From positions 1-64,000 of IMG/VR virus record IMGVR_UViG_3300005095_000128: 64,000 nt of DNA; one strand, given 5' to 3'. Numbering within the stretch: the stretch's first letter is position 1; the number at the start of each line of letters is the position of its first letter. This DNA comes from a virus. The notes below the pieces were generated by a model, which was given only the letters and a program-made list of their open reading frames with translations, had not been told where the DNA came from and ran no database searches. Below are positions 26,945 to 36,561 of the stretch, piece after piece. Position numbers and translations under genes: made by a program.

Positions 26945-27322
26945 CTACCGCAAGCGCACAACCACGCGCTGGTTCGCCTCGTCCACTTCGATCACGTCCA
27001 CGTTCGTCACCTGATCAAGTGGCAACGACGTGTCGAAGCTCACGCCACCAGCACCGTCGAGCGTCATCTGCACTCCAACGCCAATGAGCGGCGTCGGCCC
27101 CGAATACCTAGCAGTCACAAGCCCGGCGTAAACGATGGTGGCCTTCTCGGCACCCACGCGAATGGCCTTACCGAACGGGCGAACTCCAGGACCAGCACGT
27201 CCCACGAGCGCCGGCCCGACCAGGCCAACCATGTCGCCTTCCTGGATCGTGCCGTCGTGGGCGAACGTGTAGGTATTCGGGTTGAGTAGCTCGTACTGCT
27301 TGTACCGCCGCTCAAGGTCCAT
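26945..27322 (-). CDS. Capsid decoration/cement protein, paralog 1
   Basis: TFAHDGTIQEGDMV...PFGK...ATIV, similar to its neighbours. Confidence 0.6.
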   Translation of the reverse strand: MDLERRYKQYELLNPNTYTFAHDGTIQEGDMVGLVGPALVGRAGPGVRPFGKAIRVGAEKATIVYAGLVTARYSGPTPLIGVGVQMTLDGAGGVSFDTSLPLDQVTNVDVIEVDEANQRVVVRLR

Positions 27323-27335
27323 GACGCCCTCCTAG

Positions 27336-29090
27336 CTAGCGCTGGCGGAAGGCGTCAAGCTTGGGCGGAATGTCGTTGATCGGCCCCTCTTCCACGTCTT
27401 GCGAGAGGCGCTCGTTCGGGAGCTCTTCGAGCTTCTTCTGCAAGCGCTCCCGCTCGGCTTTGAGCGCGTCGATCTCGCCACGCTCGGCCATCGCCTCGAC
27501 CATCTTGGCGTAGCCTTCCGCATTCTCGACGCCTTCGCTAGCAACGAAGAGCCGCTTGACCTCCTCAACGAGATCCTTCACGTACTGCTCACCGAGCTTC
27601 GCCTTCGGCTCCAGGTCGGCAAGCTTCGCCTCGAGTTCCGCAAGCTTCGCCTCAAGCTCGTCGACCTTGGCCGCCTTGTCCGCCTGCTCATTCAGCTTGG
27701 CCTGCATGGCCTCGACGAGCTCGGCGAACGCCTTGTTTAGCTCGGCCTCGAGCTTCTCACGATCACCCTCTACGGTGATCACGTCCTCGCCAAGTTTGAC
27801 GGTAAGCTCCATAACCTCAACCTCCTTCTCTTCTTCGTCGTCGGCAAAGAGCCGCTTTACAAGCGCAGACGCCTCATCGAGGAGCTCGCTCTCCACGTAC
27901 CCGCTGGCGAGAAGCCGCGCAACCTCCACGTAGCGCTCCCAGGAAGCGGCATCGCGCTCCCAAGGCGCCTTGCGCCCAAACTCGTGATAGTGCTCAGCAA
28001 GGTGGCGCTGGATCGCGGGAACCTCGTCCTCCGGCACATCAGCGGTAGGAAGCCGCTGAGCCGCCGCCCGCACACCACCCCACTTGACCACCGAGTTCGG
28101 ATATCGCTCGGTGGGAATGTGGTGAGGAAGCTTCAAGTCGGAGAAGGTGTATTCCTCGGTATTGCGCGACGGGGCCCAGGCAAAGTGACTCGCAACCCAG
28201 CGCCGCTGGGCAGCAGAAAGGTCCTCCCACCGCGTGTCGCGCGGAAGGTCCATCGCATCGAGGAACTGCTCGAAGGTCGGCCGCGTCCAGTCGCTCCTGT
28301 TGTCCAGGCCATACCCGGGCGGGTTCGGGGGAACGTAAGCCTTCTCCATCCGCCCCTTCTTCATCTCATCAACCTCCTCAATGGTCTTGGCGCCATGCTC
28401 GGCAGCAGCGGCAGCAAGCAGACCACCAACCTTGGTATCGGGGTGCGCACCCTTGTAAACGATCGAAGCCTCGACGAACTTGAGGTTGCCAGTGGTACGG
28501 ATGTAGCAAACCTCTCCGTCGTACTCGAACCCGCGCATGTGCGGGCAGTACTCGCCATCCTCGTTCGGCTCCAAGCCGAAGTAGTCGCCACCACAAATCG
28601 AGCAGATCGCCTTGTCGTAGAACCAGGTAATCGAGGCTTCGTTATAAATGCCCTTGTCGATCTTCTCGACGAGCTTGCGCCCCTCCTCGTCGTTGAGGAC
28701 GTAGAACCACCCGTCGATCCAGTGCTCACCGCCATCCTCGACGACCTTGGCGGCAAAGAACGTGCCAATGGGCGCCATCTCGTAGTTGTGCCCGATGAGC
28801 AGCGCCTTCCCGGGCACCTGCCCAACCATCTTCTCCAGGTCCTCCTTCTCGAACTTGGTGAAGATGGAGGTCACCTTGGTGCCCACCATCCGCATGGGGC
28901 GGATGAGCACATCATCAGCGGTAAGCTCGGGCTTACCGCGCTGCCGCTGCAACTCGTTGATCTTGGCCAGATGCTTCTGGATCTCTGCCTGGGAAGGGGC
29001 GGCGCCGAGCGAGCCCTTTGCCGCAGAAGCAACGATCATGTTCTCGGTAAACTTCTCATGCTTCACTTTGCACCCCCTTCCCAGTTGCAC
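27336..29090 (-). CDS. Prohead protease-scaffold fusion
   Basis: LIGHN...PIG, CSICG...CPH and EASIVYKGA protease motifs; central KLPHH domain; C-terminal coiled coil. Probable start is GTG at 29066. Confidence 0.85.
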   Translation of the reverse strand: MQLGRGCKVKHEKFTENMIVASAAKGSLGAAPSQAEIQKHLAKINELQRQRGKPELTADDVLIRPMRMVGTKVTSIFTKFEKEDLEKMVGQVPGKALLIGHNYEMAPIGTFFAAKVVEDGGEHWIDGWFYVLNDEEGRKLVEKIDKGIYNEASITWFYDKAICSICGGDYFGLEPNEDGEYCPHMRGFEYDGEVCYIRTTGNLKFVEASIVYKGAHPDTKVGGLLAAAAAEHGAKTIEEVDEMKKGRMEKAYVPPNPPGYGLDNRSDWTRPTFEQFLDAMDLPRDTRWEDLSAAQRRWVASHFAWAPSRNTEEYTFSDLKLPHHIPTERYPNSVVKWGGVRAAAQRLPTADVPEDEVPAIQRHLAEHYHEFGRKAPWERDAASWERYVEVARLLASGYVESELLDEASALVKRLFADDEEEKEVEVMELTVKLGEDVITVEGDREKLEAELNKAFAELVEAMQAKLNEQADKAAKVDELEAKLAELEAKLADLEPKAKLGEQYVKDLVEEVKRLFVASEGVENAEGYAKMVEAMAERGEIDALKAERERLQKKLEELPNERLSQDVEEGPINDIPPKLDAFRQR

Positions 29091-29443
29091 GTTAGTTCAT
29101 ATGGCGACCAACCATCATCCACTAGCCACGTATGCCCGGCGTTGCGGATCGAGAGCATAATCTCATTGATTTGGGCAACAGTAGTAGCAGCTTTCACCTT
29201 CGCATACGTATCCTTAAAAAGGAGCTTGCCGGCATCGAGCACAGCTTGCAACTGAGCCAGCGTGCGACCTTCTGGATCCGGTGATGGCACGCCAAGCTCC
29301 TCAGCGGTGGCCACGGCCGCCATTCGATCCTTGAGCTCCTGGAACGCGTAGTATGCATTGAAGTAAAGGTGCTCAAGCGCAAGCTGCTTGATGTACGCCA
29401 CCCAATCAGGTGGGCACGGGACTTTCTCGATAGCGGGTGCCAT
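29063..29443 (-). CDS. Hypothetical protein
   Basis: In-operon ORF with GGAGG SD. Confidence 0.6.
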   Translation of the reverse strand: MAPAIEKVPCPPDWVAYIKQLALEHLYFNAYYAFQELKDRMAAVATAEELGVPSPDPEGRTLAQLQAVLDAGKLLFKDTYAKVKAATTVAQINEIMLSIRNAGHTWLVDDGWSPYELTCNWEGGAK

Positions 29444-29444
29444 G

Positions 29445-29966
29445 CTAACCTCCGATCATGAGCCTTGGGTCAGGCGGCAAGATGTAAATTGTCATCCTCC
29501 GCACCCAAGTACTTGCATTGCGCAACGTCAGCGGCTTGTCCGGCCACGCTCGCTCGATCCACATGCGGAAGTAGCCGCCACCCGGATCGCGGTAATCGTT
29601 AATGCGCCAACCGCCAGTAAACGAATGCCCGCGTAGATACGATGTTGGGCCAGTCCCACGCGCAAACCACCCAACAAAACCACCCGGGTAAATATTATCG
29701 TCGTTGTCTGGCGACACAGCGATCACACCAGTGCGCGGCAAACCGTCAGCGTCGCTAAAGCGCACGATGTTGCCAGGCGCAAGCGTAATCGTTGCAAGCT
29801 GCATCGCCCGCGTACCGCTCATGCCGGCATAATTCCAGCCGTTTCCGTCATGCACATACATATCTGGTGTGCCACGGATAACGGCCACATCACCGGCAGC
29901 GTAGCTCTCAGCGGGCGGGAGCGCATCGACGCCGATCACCCGCACATACGCACTCGGTTCAGGCAT
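29445..29966 (-). CDS. Hypothetical virion-associated protein
   Basis: In-operon ORF; LP...GD...Y.W motif resembling fibre/decoration repeats. Confidence 0.55.
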   Translation of the reverse strand: MPEPSAYVRVIGVDALPPAESYAAGDVAVIRGTPDMYVHDGNGWNYAGMSGTRAMQLATITLAPGNIVRFSDADGLPRTGVIAVSPDNDDNIYPGGFVGWFARGTGPTSYLRGHSFTGGWRINDYRDPGGGYFRMWIERAWPDKPLTLRNASTWVRRMTIYILPPDPRLMIGG

Positions 29967-29968
29967 GC

Positions 29969-30298
29969 CTACCTCCTATCGTTATCCATCGGAATCTCAA
30001 AACCAGTGAGGCGCTTCAAGACGGCCACCGTCACCGTGAGCACGCCGCGGTGCCCAAAGTGGCCGATGACGGCGCTAATGGAAGCCAGCGCGGGTGCATC
30101 GAGGTTCGTGTAATACGCCAGGAGCCAGCCGGTCAGGCCGCCCCAGAATCCAACCGAGAAAACCTCGCCTACCCAAACCACCCAGGGCTTGCTCTCACCC
30201 GCGTGCATGGATCGAAGGATTTCGCCCAACATGGCAAACAACCCCGTGAATAGGAACCAGAAAAGGTCAAACTTGTCGGGCGGCTGAGGGTACGGCAT
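29969..30298 (-). CDS. Putative holin
   Basis: Three hydrophobic segments; near the endolysin; start MPYPQ with SD GGAGGAG. Confidence 0.65.
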   Translation of the reverse strand: MPYPQPPDKFDLFWFLFTGLFAMLGEILRSMHAGESKPWVVWVGEVFSVGFWGGLTGWLLAYYTNLDAPALASISAVIGHFGHRGVLTVTVAVLKRLTGFEIPMDNDRR

Positions 30299-30300
30299 AC

Positions 30301-30654
30301 TCAATCTCCTCCTGTATAGACAACGGTGAGTGCAAACCTCCACCTCGGCGTAAAGTCGTCGATCTCAGCGCCGGCGGCCACTTCAAAATCAAGCACCAAA
30401 CCATCGCCAAGCAGAAGCCGCAAAGCGGTGTACGGGGTAACAAACGTCTCGCCGCCGAAGCGGTGCATCACGTCAACCCCGTACCACACCTCAGCAGGCC
30501 CGAGGCTTGCGCCTGGACGCTCGGCGTAGCAATCCACGTAGCCGCCGTCGTCGGCAAAAGCCACCCGACATGCCGAGGTGAAACTAGCGGCGTAGCTTGG
30601 CTTTGGAAAGAGTAATGTTAGCGCCAGCAGGGGTGGCAACAGAAGCTTTTTCAT
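30301..30654 (-). CDS. Secreted/outer-membrane-like protein of lysis cassette
   Basis: Signal peptide MKKLLLPPLLALTLLFPKPSYA followed by beta-rich sequence. Confidence 0.55.
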   Translation of the reverse strand: MKKLLLPPLLALTLLFPKPSYAASFTSACRVAFADDGGYVDCYAERPGASLGPAEVWYGVDVMHRFGGETFVTPYTALRLLLGDGLVLDFEVAAGAEIDDFTPRWRFALTVVYTGGD

Positions 30655-30871
30655 CGTCCTCCTCCATTTCAGCTTTGAGGCCATCTGCCACCCCCTTCAT
30701 AAACTCGAGCAACCACTTCTCGAGCGCATCACCGGGCACCTTCTTGGCGATCATCCGGCCGATGGACCGCCCATTCTTGAGTGCCCAATCTAGCATCGCC
30801 CGCGACGCAAAGGCGCCGAGCACGATGCCGATAAGGATCGTTAGCGTTGGATTATTGAACAGATCTCCCAT
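30584..30871 (-). CDS. Membrane protein of lysis cassette (holin/spanin-like)
   Basis: N-terminal TM helix; overlaps the endolysin end. Confidence 0.5.
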   Translation of the reverse strand: MGDLFNNPTLTILIGIVLGAFASRAMLDWALKNGRSIGRMIAKKVPGDALEKWLLEFMKGVADGLKAEMEEDDEKASVATPAGANITLSKAKLRR

Positions 30872-31385
30872 TCCAGCACCCCCTCACCTCATCCGACGCA
30901 TCGAACTTCTTGAAGAGGTGCATCGGATCGAGGTAGTTCCTCTTGATGAAGTCCCTGTCTACACCGGGCCAGTAATCGGGTGGCAGATCGGCAAGCCGCA
31001 CCTCGAAGTGCAAGTGCGCCACGAACGGACGCATCGGATCGCCGCGGCCAATGGAGCCGATGTCCTCGCCCTCGCAAACGCGCATCCCCTCCTCGACGCT
31101 CATGTGCCGAAGGTGCGCGTATTGCGTCCACACGTTGAGCCCGGGATGCCAGATGACCACGATGTTGCCCCATACGCGGTGGCGCCCAGCGTGCGTGACA
31201 ACGCCGCGATAGATAGCCCGGACCGGATAGCCGTCATCCCAGTTGCCTGGCGCACCCACGTTGATGTCGATACCCGGGTGCTCAGCGGCGGGAAGCCCGG
31301 CACGCACGCGCCAGTTGCGATACTCTGGGTCGAGGAAACCGGCGCTAACGCGGGCCCTGCTCCACGGCTTTACCGGATACACCAT
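30852..31385 (-). CDS. M23-family peptidase (endolysin)
   Basis: HPGIDI, YAHL and HLHFEVR motifs. Confidence 0.9.
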   Translation of the reverse strand: MVYPVKPWSRARVSAGFLDPEYRNWRVRAGLPAAEHPGIDINVGAPGNWDDGYPVRAIYRGVVTHAGRHRVWGNIVVIWHPGLNVWTQYAHLRHMSVEEGMRVCEGEDIGSIGRGDPMRPFVAHLHFEVRLADLPPDYWPGVDRDFIKRNYLDPMHLFKKFDASDEVRGCWNGRSVQ

Positions 31386-32679
31386 CTTGGTCCTCCACCG
31401 GCTCAGGGGGCAACCCGTGCTTCTCGCGTAGGCGCTTCATGAGGTCGGGGTCGGCGCCGAAGATGTCGAGAAGCATCTTGTCAGCCTCGATATCGGTGCG
31501 GCGCGCCCTAGCATTGGACTCGGTGAACGGCGATTGCGGCTCCTTAAACTCGATCTCGACCGTCGCTGCAATGCCCTGCAGGCGAAGGTGAAGATTCAAG
31601 CCAAACTCGAGCTGCCGCTTGACCACCGCCTGGATATTCTTTGCCTCGGCAAGGATGATCGGGAAGGCAACCTTCGCCCAGGTCTCCGAGAGGCTCTCGG
31701 AGCGGCCGCGCATGAACGGCAGGGTGCGCACACCCGACCAGATCCGGTGCTCGTTGTCCTGCCACGCCGGAAACGCGCCGGAGATGTCACGCGCCGGCGA
31801 AGTCACCTTCATCTCGGTTCCGGCCGGTGTGACAAACACCCCCTGCCGCTCTCCTTCAGTGAGTAGATCGGCGACCTTCCTGAGCTTACGGGTCACCATG
31901 TCGATGTAGGCCGGATCTAGCTCGGACTCAAACCCAGCCTCTTGCGGCGGAGGAATCTGCACGGAGACGTGTACGATGCCGGCGATACCGAGAATCTCGA
32001 TCAGGCGGTCGATGTTCTCGATCATCCGCCCCTTGCGCTGCAATGCCGAGAGGGCGGCGATGATGAGCGGGATACCATATGGCGAATCGCCGACGGTTTG
32101 AAGTGGCGCGTACAGGAATGTCGCCGGGTTGAGGCGCACTTCCTGGCCAGCGACCTCTTGCCAGAACTCGAGCGTTCCGTCGCGCCGGCGAACCAGCTTT
32201 ATCGTTTCCGCCGGAACCGGATACGCCTGTTTGATAGCGGTTCTTCCACGGTTTGGGACCCATTCGACAGCCGACGCGCCAGCAACGACCACCTCGACGA
32301 TTTGATTGTTGACAAACGCATGAAGCGAGCCGGTCTCAAAAAGCGAATCAATACTGGCCAGGGCTTCTCTGGCACGCTTTTCGTGCCTCCCACCTTTCGC
32401 CTTGATATTGAACTCGAAACCCGGGTTCGCGAGCACCACGAGATCGCGAACCGCGCCGTAAACGTCCTCGTCGGCAAGCGCAAGGTAGCGCAAATACCGG
32501 ATGATGCTCGGGGTAATCTGCACCCCGTCGGCCACCACACGGTCGAGCTCACCGACCTCGTATCCCGACCGGCGGTTGTACCCACCGATCACCACCATAT
32601 CGGGCGTAATCGTGCGGCTACCTTGCGGCTGGGGCCCAGTGCGACGAAAGCGCGATGCCAGCCAGTCTAAAAGCCCCAT
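31345..32679 (-). CDS. Portal protein
   Basis: Follows TerL; PVPAETI and SPYGIP motifs; size typical. Confidence 0.85.
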   Translation of the reverse strand: MGLLDWLASRFRRTGPQPQGSRTITPDMVVIGGYNRRSGYEVGELDRVVADGVQITPSIIRYLRYLALADEDVYGAVRDLVVLANPGFEFNIKAKGGRHEKRAREALASIDSLFETGSLHAFVNNQIVEVVVAGASAVEWVPNRGRTAIKQAYPVPAETIKLVRRRDGTLEFWQEVAGQEVRLNPATFLYAPLQTVGDSPYGIPLIIAALSALQRKGRMIENIDRLIEILGIAGIVHVSVQIPPPQEAGFESELDPAYIDMVTRKLRKVADLLTEGERQGVFVTPAGTEMKVTSPARDISGAFPAWQDNEHRIWSGVRTLPFMRGRSESLSETWAKVAFPIILAEAKNIQAVVKRQLEFGLNLHLRLQGIAATVEIEFKEPQSPFTESNARARRTDIEADKMLLDIFGADPDLMKRLREKHGLPPEPVEDQDGVSGKAVEQGPR

Positions 32680-32690
32680 CTGCCACCTCC

Positions 32691-34292
32691 CTAGTCATTC
32701 GGTCTATAAATGCGCCCAATCATCGCTAGCAATGCGTCAAGGCCGGGCGCCCACCCATCGCTTCCGGTTTCACCCTGAAAGACCGCGAGCACGAAAGCGT
32801 CAGCCCGGTCAGGGCTACGCCCGAGCCGGCGCTTGATCGCCTCCTTGCTCTCGATCTGGATCCGCCCCGTGTTATCGATGCGGTAGCGATGCTCGAGGAG
32901 CTCGCGGTCCAACCGATCGTCCCGCGGCACACCCACGTCCTTGAGCGCGTCGCGGAGGTAGTAGTACATCTCGGCCCGCTTGTTGGCGTAGCGCACCCCG
33001 TTGGAAGGCGCACCGCCAAACTGAATCGGCACGAGCTCGAACCATGGCGCGTTTTCTTTGCGCAAGATCACGTCGCGAATCTGGTCGACGACGCCACCGC
33101 CAACGCCACCCTCGTCGATGAGCAGACGCACGCGGGCGTTTTTGACACCGCGCTGACGCGCCTTTGTGCGTGCGGCAGTAGCGATTTTCCAGATACGGTT
33201 CGCCGTCTCAACGGTCGACGCCTCGCCCCACACATGGGCCGGCATGACCATCCCGCCCCAGTTCTCGTAAACCACGTTTTCGTCGGCACCAAAACGAGCG
33301 ATGTCAGCGCCAAGTTGGATGGTGAAGGTGTCCTTGTTCGGCAGGCGAACGTCGTCGCTCCACCGACGGTGGGCGGCCTCGAGAAGATCGAGGCTGATGA
33401 TCTGGTCCTCGGCCTGGGGCGGCGGAAGGCCGAGGATCTTGCTCATGGCGATCGCGCTCGCCCGCCAGAACTTACCATCCCACCAGAAGTAGCCCTTTTC
33501 GGCTAGCGCAAGCTGCTCGCGCTCGTCCTCCGGCGGGACGACTTCCTCGCACCACTCGCGCACGTGCTCGTCGACCCAATCCCAGGTCACCGCACCGGGG
33601 ATGACGGTCTTACGCTGCACGACGTTTGGGTGCTCAAGCGAGCTAATGCGCATGGCATAGGCGCCGCGCTTCGTCTTGAGCATCTCGTGCGGGTCGTTCG
33701 GCGAGATCGGGTTGCCAAGCGATAGCACCTTGTTGTTCTCGCCGACGCGGATACCCTCGATGGCGGCGAAAATCTTCGGATCAACGCCAGGGCCCTCGTC
33801 GATCACCACCAGGATGTTCGGCGAGTGGTGCCCCTGGAAGCGCGTCTCATCGTCGGTGGACAAGCCGATGGCAAACCGGTCGTCGCTAATGACGATCTCG
33901 GTTTGTTTGATGCGCCCGGGCAATCCCTTCCCGCGGCGCATGGTGCGGATCTCCTTCCAAAGGAGCGTGCGCACCTGGTTCCACGTGGGCGCCGTGGTGA
34001 GCACGAGCGCCGGATCGTGAACGTCGAGAAACCAGTTGACGATGGCGGCAGCGCCAGAGGTCTTACCGACGCCGTGACCGGCGTTTACCCGCACGACCTT
34101 GTGCGTGGCCACGGCGCGGGCCATCTCCTCCTGCTTGGCCCAGAAGTTGAACTTGAGAATCTCGCGAGCGTACCCGACCGGATCATCCTTGTACGCGAAC
34201 AAATCGAGGTACTTGCCGGCCTGGTTGGTATCAGGCTCTACCTTGCGAAGCACCTCACGCAAAATGTCTTCCGGTCGGAACCTCGGCATCAT
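32691..34292 (-). CDS. terL: Terminase large subunit
   Basis: Walker A GHGVGKT, Walker B VVIDEG, LGNP, GADIARFGAD, and SPDRADA nuclease motifs. Confidence 0.95.
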   Translation of the reverse strand: MMPRFRPEDILREVLRKVEPDTNQAGKYLDLFAYKDDPVGYAREILKFNFWAKQEEMARAVATHKVVRVNAGHGVGKTSGAAAIVNWFLDVHDPALVLTTAPTWNQVRTLLWKEIRTMRRGKGLPGRIKQTEIVISDDRFAIGLSTDDETRFQGHHSPNILVVIDEGPGVDPKIFAAIEGIRVGENNKVLSLGNPISPNDPHEMLKTKRGAYAMRISSLEHPNVVQRKTVIPGAVTWDWVDEHVREWCEEVVPPEDEREQLALAEKGYFWWDGKFWRASAIAMSKILGLPPPQAEDQIISLDLLEAAHRRWSDDVRLPNKDTFTIQLGADIARFGADENVVYENWGGMVMPAHVWGEASTVETANRIWKIATAARTKARQRGVKNARVRLLIDEGGVGGGVVDQIRDVILRKENAPWFELVPIQFGGAPSNGVRYANKRAEMYYYLRDALKDVGVPRDDRLDRELLEHRYRIDNTGRIQIESKEAIKRRLGRSPDRADAFVLAVFQGETGSDGWAPGLDALLAMIGRIYRPND

Positions 34293-34831
34293 CTCACCTC
34301 TAACGACTCGAACTCAGCGGCTAGATCAACGAGCTTGTCGCGAAGCATCATCTCTTCGGTTGGATCGATGAGGAGCGTGATCTTCACCTTGCGCGGCTCA
34401 TCGTCGATGGGTTCGACGGTCACGGAGCTAGCAAGTTCCTTGAGCTCGCTCACGTAATCCTCGTTGAAACCCGTACCGAGCAAGCCGCCCTCGATCTCGG
34501 CAAGCTCGCGGAGAATCCGGGTGAGCTCCTCATCGTCATAGGTGGCAAGGTCGGCGGTGCGGTTGTCGGCAAGAACGATCTTTAACTCGTCCTGCTCGTC
34601 CACGTCGACCCAGGCAACCTGGATCTTCTCCCATCCAAGCTGCCTTGCGGCCTCGTAGGTGTGGTTTCCGGCAAGGATGTGGCCGGTGCGCAGGTTAGCA
34701 ACGATCGGGCGGTACTGGCCGTGTACGGCAAGCGATTCCTTGATCGCGTCAAGGTTGCCGCGCCGCGGGTTGCGTGGGTGTTTGGTGAGGCGATCGAGCT
34801 TGACCTTCTCGACCTTCTTGACCGAGATCAT
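34289..34831 (-). CDS. ParB/Srx-domain protein
   Basis: HPRNPR, SL..HGQYRPIV, ILAGNHT and LADNRT motifs. Confidence 0.85.
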   Translation of the reverse strand: MISVKKVEKVKLDRLTKHPRNPRRGNLDAIKESLAVHGQYRPIVANLRTGHILAGNHTYEAARQLGWEKIQVAWVDVDEQDELKIVLADNRTADLATYDDEELTRILRELAEIEGGLLGTGFNEDYVSELKELASSVTVEPIDDEPRKVKITLLIDPTEEMMLRDKLVDLAAEFESLEVR

Positions 34832-35208
34832 CAGTAAACCACCACCACGCTAGGCTTGGCGATTGCCGTCGCACCTTCACCGCACACCTGGATCTCGTAC
34901 ACATACCTCGGCCAGTCGTTCACGCCGGCCCGCTCGGCAAGCCTACCAAAGCACTCGATGCACACGAAATCGCGCTTTACCTGCTCAGGTACAACGGAGC
35001 CCCACAGGTTCTCGTCGACCACGTAGTCGATATTCGAGTTGCGACCGCAAATCGAGCACGACAAGAGCAGGCCATCGCTTACGCGCTCAGGCCAGTAGTC
35101 CTCGCCGCCGACCTCAACCTCAAAGACGCCATCCTCACGAAGTCTCGTCCTCACGGTCTCTCCCAGATGCCGAGGAAGTAGCACACCTCCTCGACCGCCA
35201 CCTCGCAC
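34831..35208 (-). CDS. Hypothetical Zn-binding protein
   Basis: CSICG...Y.V...W...CIEC pattern. Confidence 0.5.
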   Translation of the reverse strand: MRGGGRGGVLLPRHLGETVRTRLREDGVFEVEVGGEDYWPERVSDGLLLSCSICGRNSNIDYVVDENLWGSVVPEQVKRDFVCIECFGRLAERAGVNDWPRYVYEIQVCGEGATAIAKPSVVVVY

Positions 35209-35351
35209 CCGATGTCCACCGCCATGTCCATGATTCGATAACCGTTTTCGAGCGGATGCTCGAGGGCGCGAATCAAGTCCTCGTCGCTATAGTGCGCAAG
35301 CTCTGGCGGTGAGTTCGGGCAATCGCGAATCATGTCGACGAGCCGCGTCAT
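35151..35351 (-). CDS. Hypothetical protein
   Basis: 66-aa ORF with SD, directly after TerS. Confidence 0.5.
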   Translation of the reverse strand: MTRLVDMIRDCPNSPPELAHYSDEDLIRALEHPLENGYRIMDMAVDIGCEVAVEEVCYFLGIWERP

Positions 35352-35353
35352 GG

Positions 35354-35869
35354 CTACGCCTCCGCAACCGCGCCGCCCTCGGCCTCGAGTTCGCGCTTAA
35401 GCGCGGCCCGCGCCTCCTCTGGCATTTGGCGAACGATCTCCTCGATCGCCTTGGAGTTATCGCCGAAGATGCGGTAGTACTCCTTGACGACGTTGAGGTA
35501 AGCCTGGAAGAGCGCGTCAGCGCTACGCCACTTGAGCTTGAGCTCGCCCTCGGCGTACTGCTGTACTTCCTTCGAGAGGATCTGGAACATCGAGCGTAGC
35601 GCGATCCAGGTATGCTCGCGCACCTCGGCCGCTTCCTCGGCGAGACGCTTCGCCTGGCTCTCGTACAGGTGTGCCTGGTAACGAGCAAGGAACTCCTGCC
35701 AGCTAACGGGCACGCCACGCTCGTACCAGCCTTTCACGGTATTGGCAGCCACCTTCACGCCAAAGCGGTCATTGATCCGCCGGGCAAGCTCAGACCACCC
35801 AATGGCGCCGTTGGCCTGAGCCCACATGCGCATGGCCGCCTCGATGATCTCTGGCGAGTAAGACGGCAT
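35354..35869 (-). CDS. Terminase small subunit (putative)
   Basis: N-terminal HTH (WSELARR...TVKGW), helical body, upstream of TerL. Confidence 0.65.
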   Translation of the reverse strand: MPSYSPEIIEAAMRMWAQANGAIGWSELARRINDRFGVKVAANTVKGWYERGVPVSWQEFLARYQAHLYESQAKRLAEEAAEVREHTWIALRSMFQILSKEVQQYAEGELKLKWRSADALFQAYLNVVKEYYRIFGDNSKAIEEIVRQMPEEARAALKRELEAEGGAVAEA

Positions 35870-35870
35870 G

Positions 35871-36152
35871 CTACTCCCCCCTCTCGTACACCCGGAGGGT
35901 TGCCGCCGTCGAAGTGAGCTCTGAGGATGCGTCTGAGCTCACGATGTAGAAGGTATACACGCCAACCTGGTCAAGCAGGCCGGCAGGGACGGTGAGCGTC
36001 ACGAGCGAGCCGGATACGCTCGTCGGTGCAAGCGTACCGGTCGTGCCATCTGGCTTCACGTAGTGGATCGTCATCAAGCCAGGCGGTAGTGCGCCATCGA
36101 TATAGAACTCGATGGTGAAGCCGTAATCGCCCTTGTAAACACGCTCACTCAT
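35871..36152 (-). CDS. BppU-like Ig-fold protein
   Basis: KGDYG, YVKPDGT and LDQVGVY motifs. Confidence 0.55.
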   Translation of the reverse strand: MSERVYKGDYGFTIEFYIDGALPPGLMTIHYVKPDGTTGTLAPTSVSGSLVTLTVPAGLLDQVGVYTFYIVSSDASSELTSTAATLRVYERGE

Positions 36153-36315
36153 CGAAGCTCACCACCAAACGTACACGGGGGCGAAAGGTAACCGTCGCGG
36201 CAACCCTCGTCGCAAACCGCACGTACAAGCGCAAAAGTGTCATGTTCACCCCCGGAAAGGACTAAATAACCGGCGCCCGCTTTCTGGAGCGCCGGGAGTT
36301 CATAGATAACGAAGC

Positions 36316-36561
36316 TCAGTCGGAGAGGCGATTTGCCAAACGGCGCTCGCTTTCAGAAAGGAAGGCGTAAAGCGCTTCCCAGGTTAGAATCGCCTGCCCA
36401 CCCTCGAGCGAAAGCCCGTCGAGAAACAACTCGATGCGAACGCCGTTTTTGAGCTCAACGATGAGATTCGGCTCCTGCTGATAAATCGCCACCACATCGA
36501 AGTCGCCGATTTCCTCCTCGTGCACGATCGGCATAAGCCACAACCCCCTAGCTATAGACAT
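36316..36561 (-). CDS. Hypothetical protein
   Basis: In-operon ORF followed by a terminator-like hairpin at ~36270-36295. Confidence 0.5.
   Translation of the reverse strand: MSIARGLWLMPIVHEEEIGDFDVVAIYQQEPNLIVELKNGVRIELFLDGLSLEGGQAILTWEALYAFLSESERRLANRLSD

Noticed and set aside
27984-29255. Long plus-strand ORFs (423 aa here; also 19732-20877, 9468-10331, 30597-31442, 25520-26239)
   Set aside because: Antisense shadows of well-supported minus-strand genes in GC-rich DNA, with no motifs or SDs.
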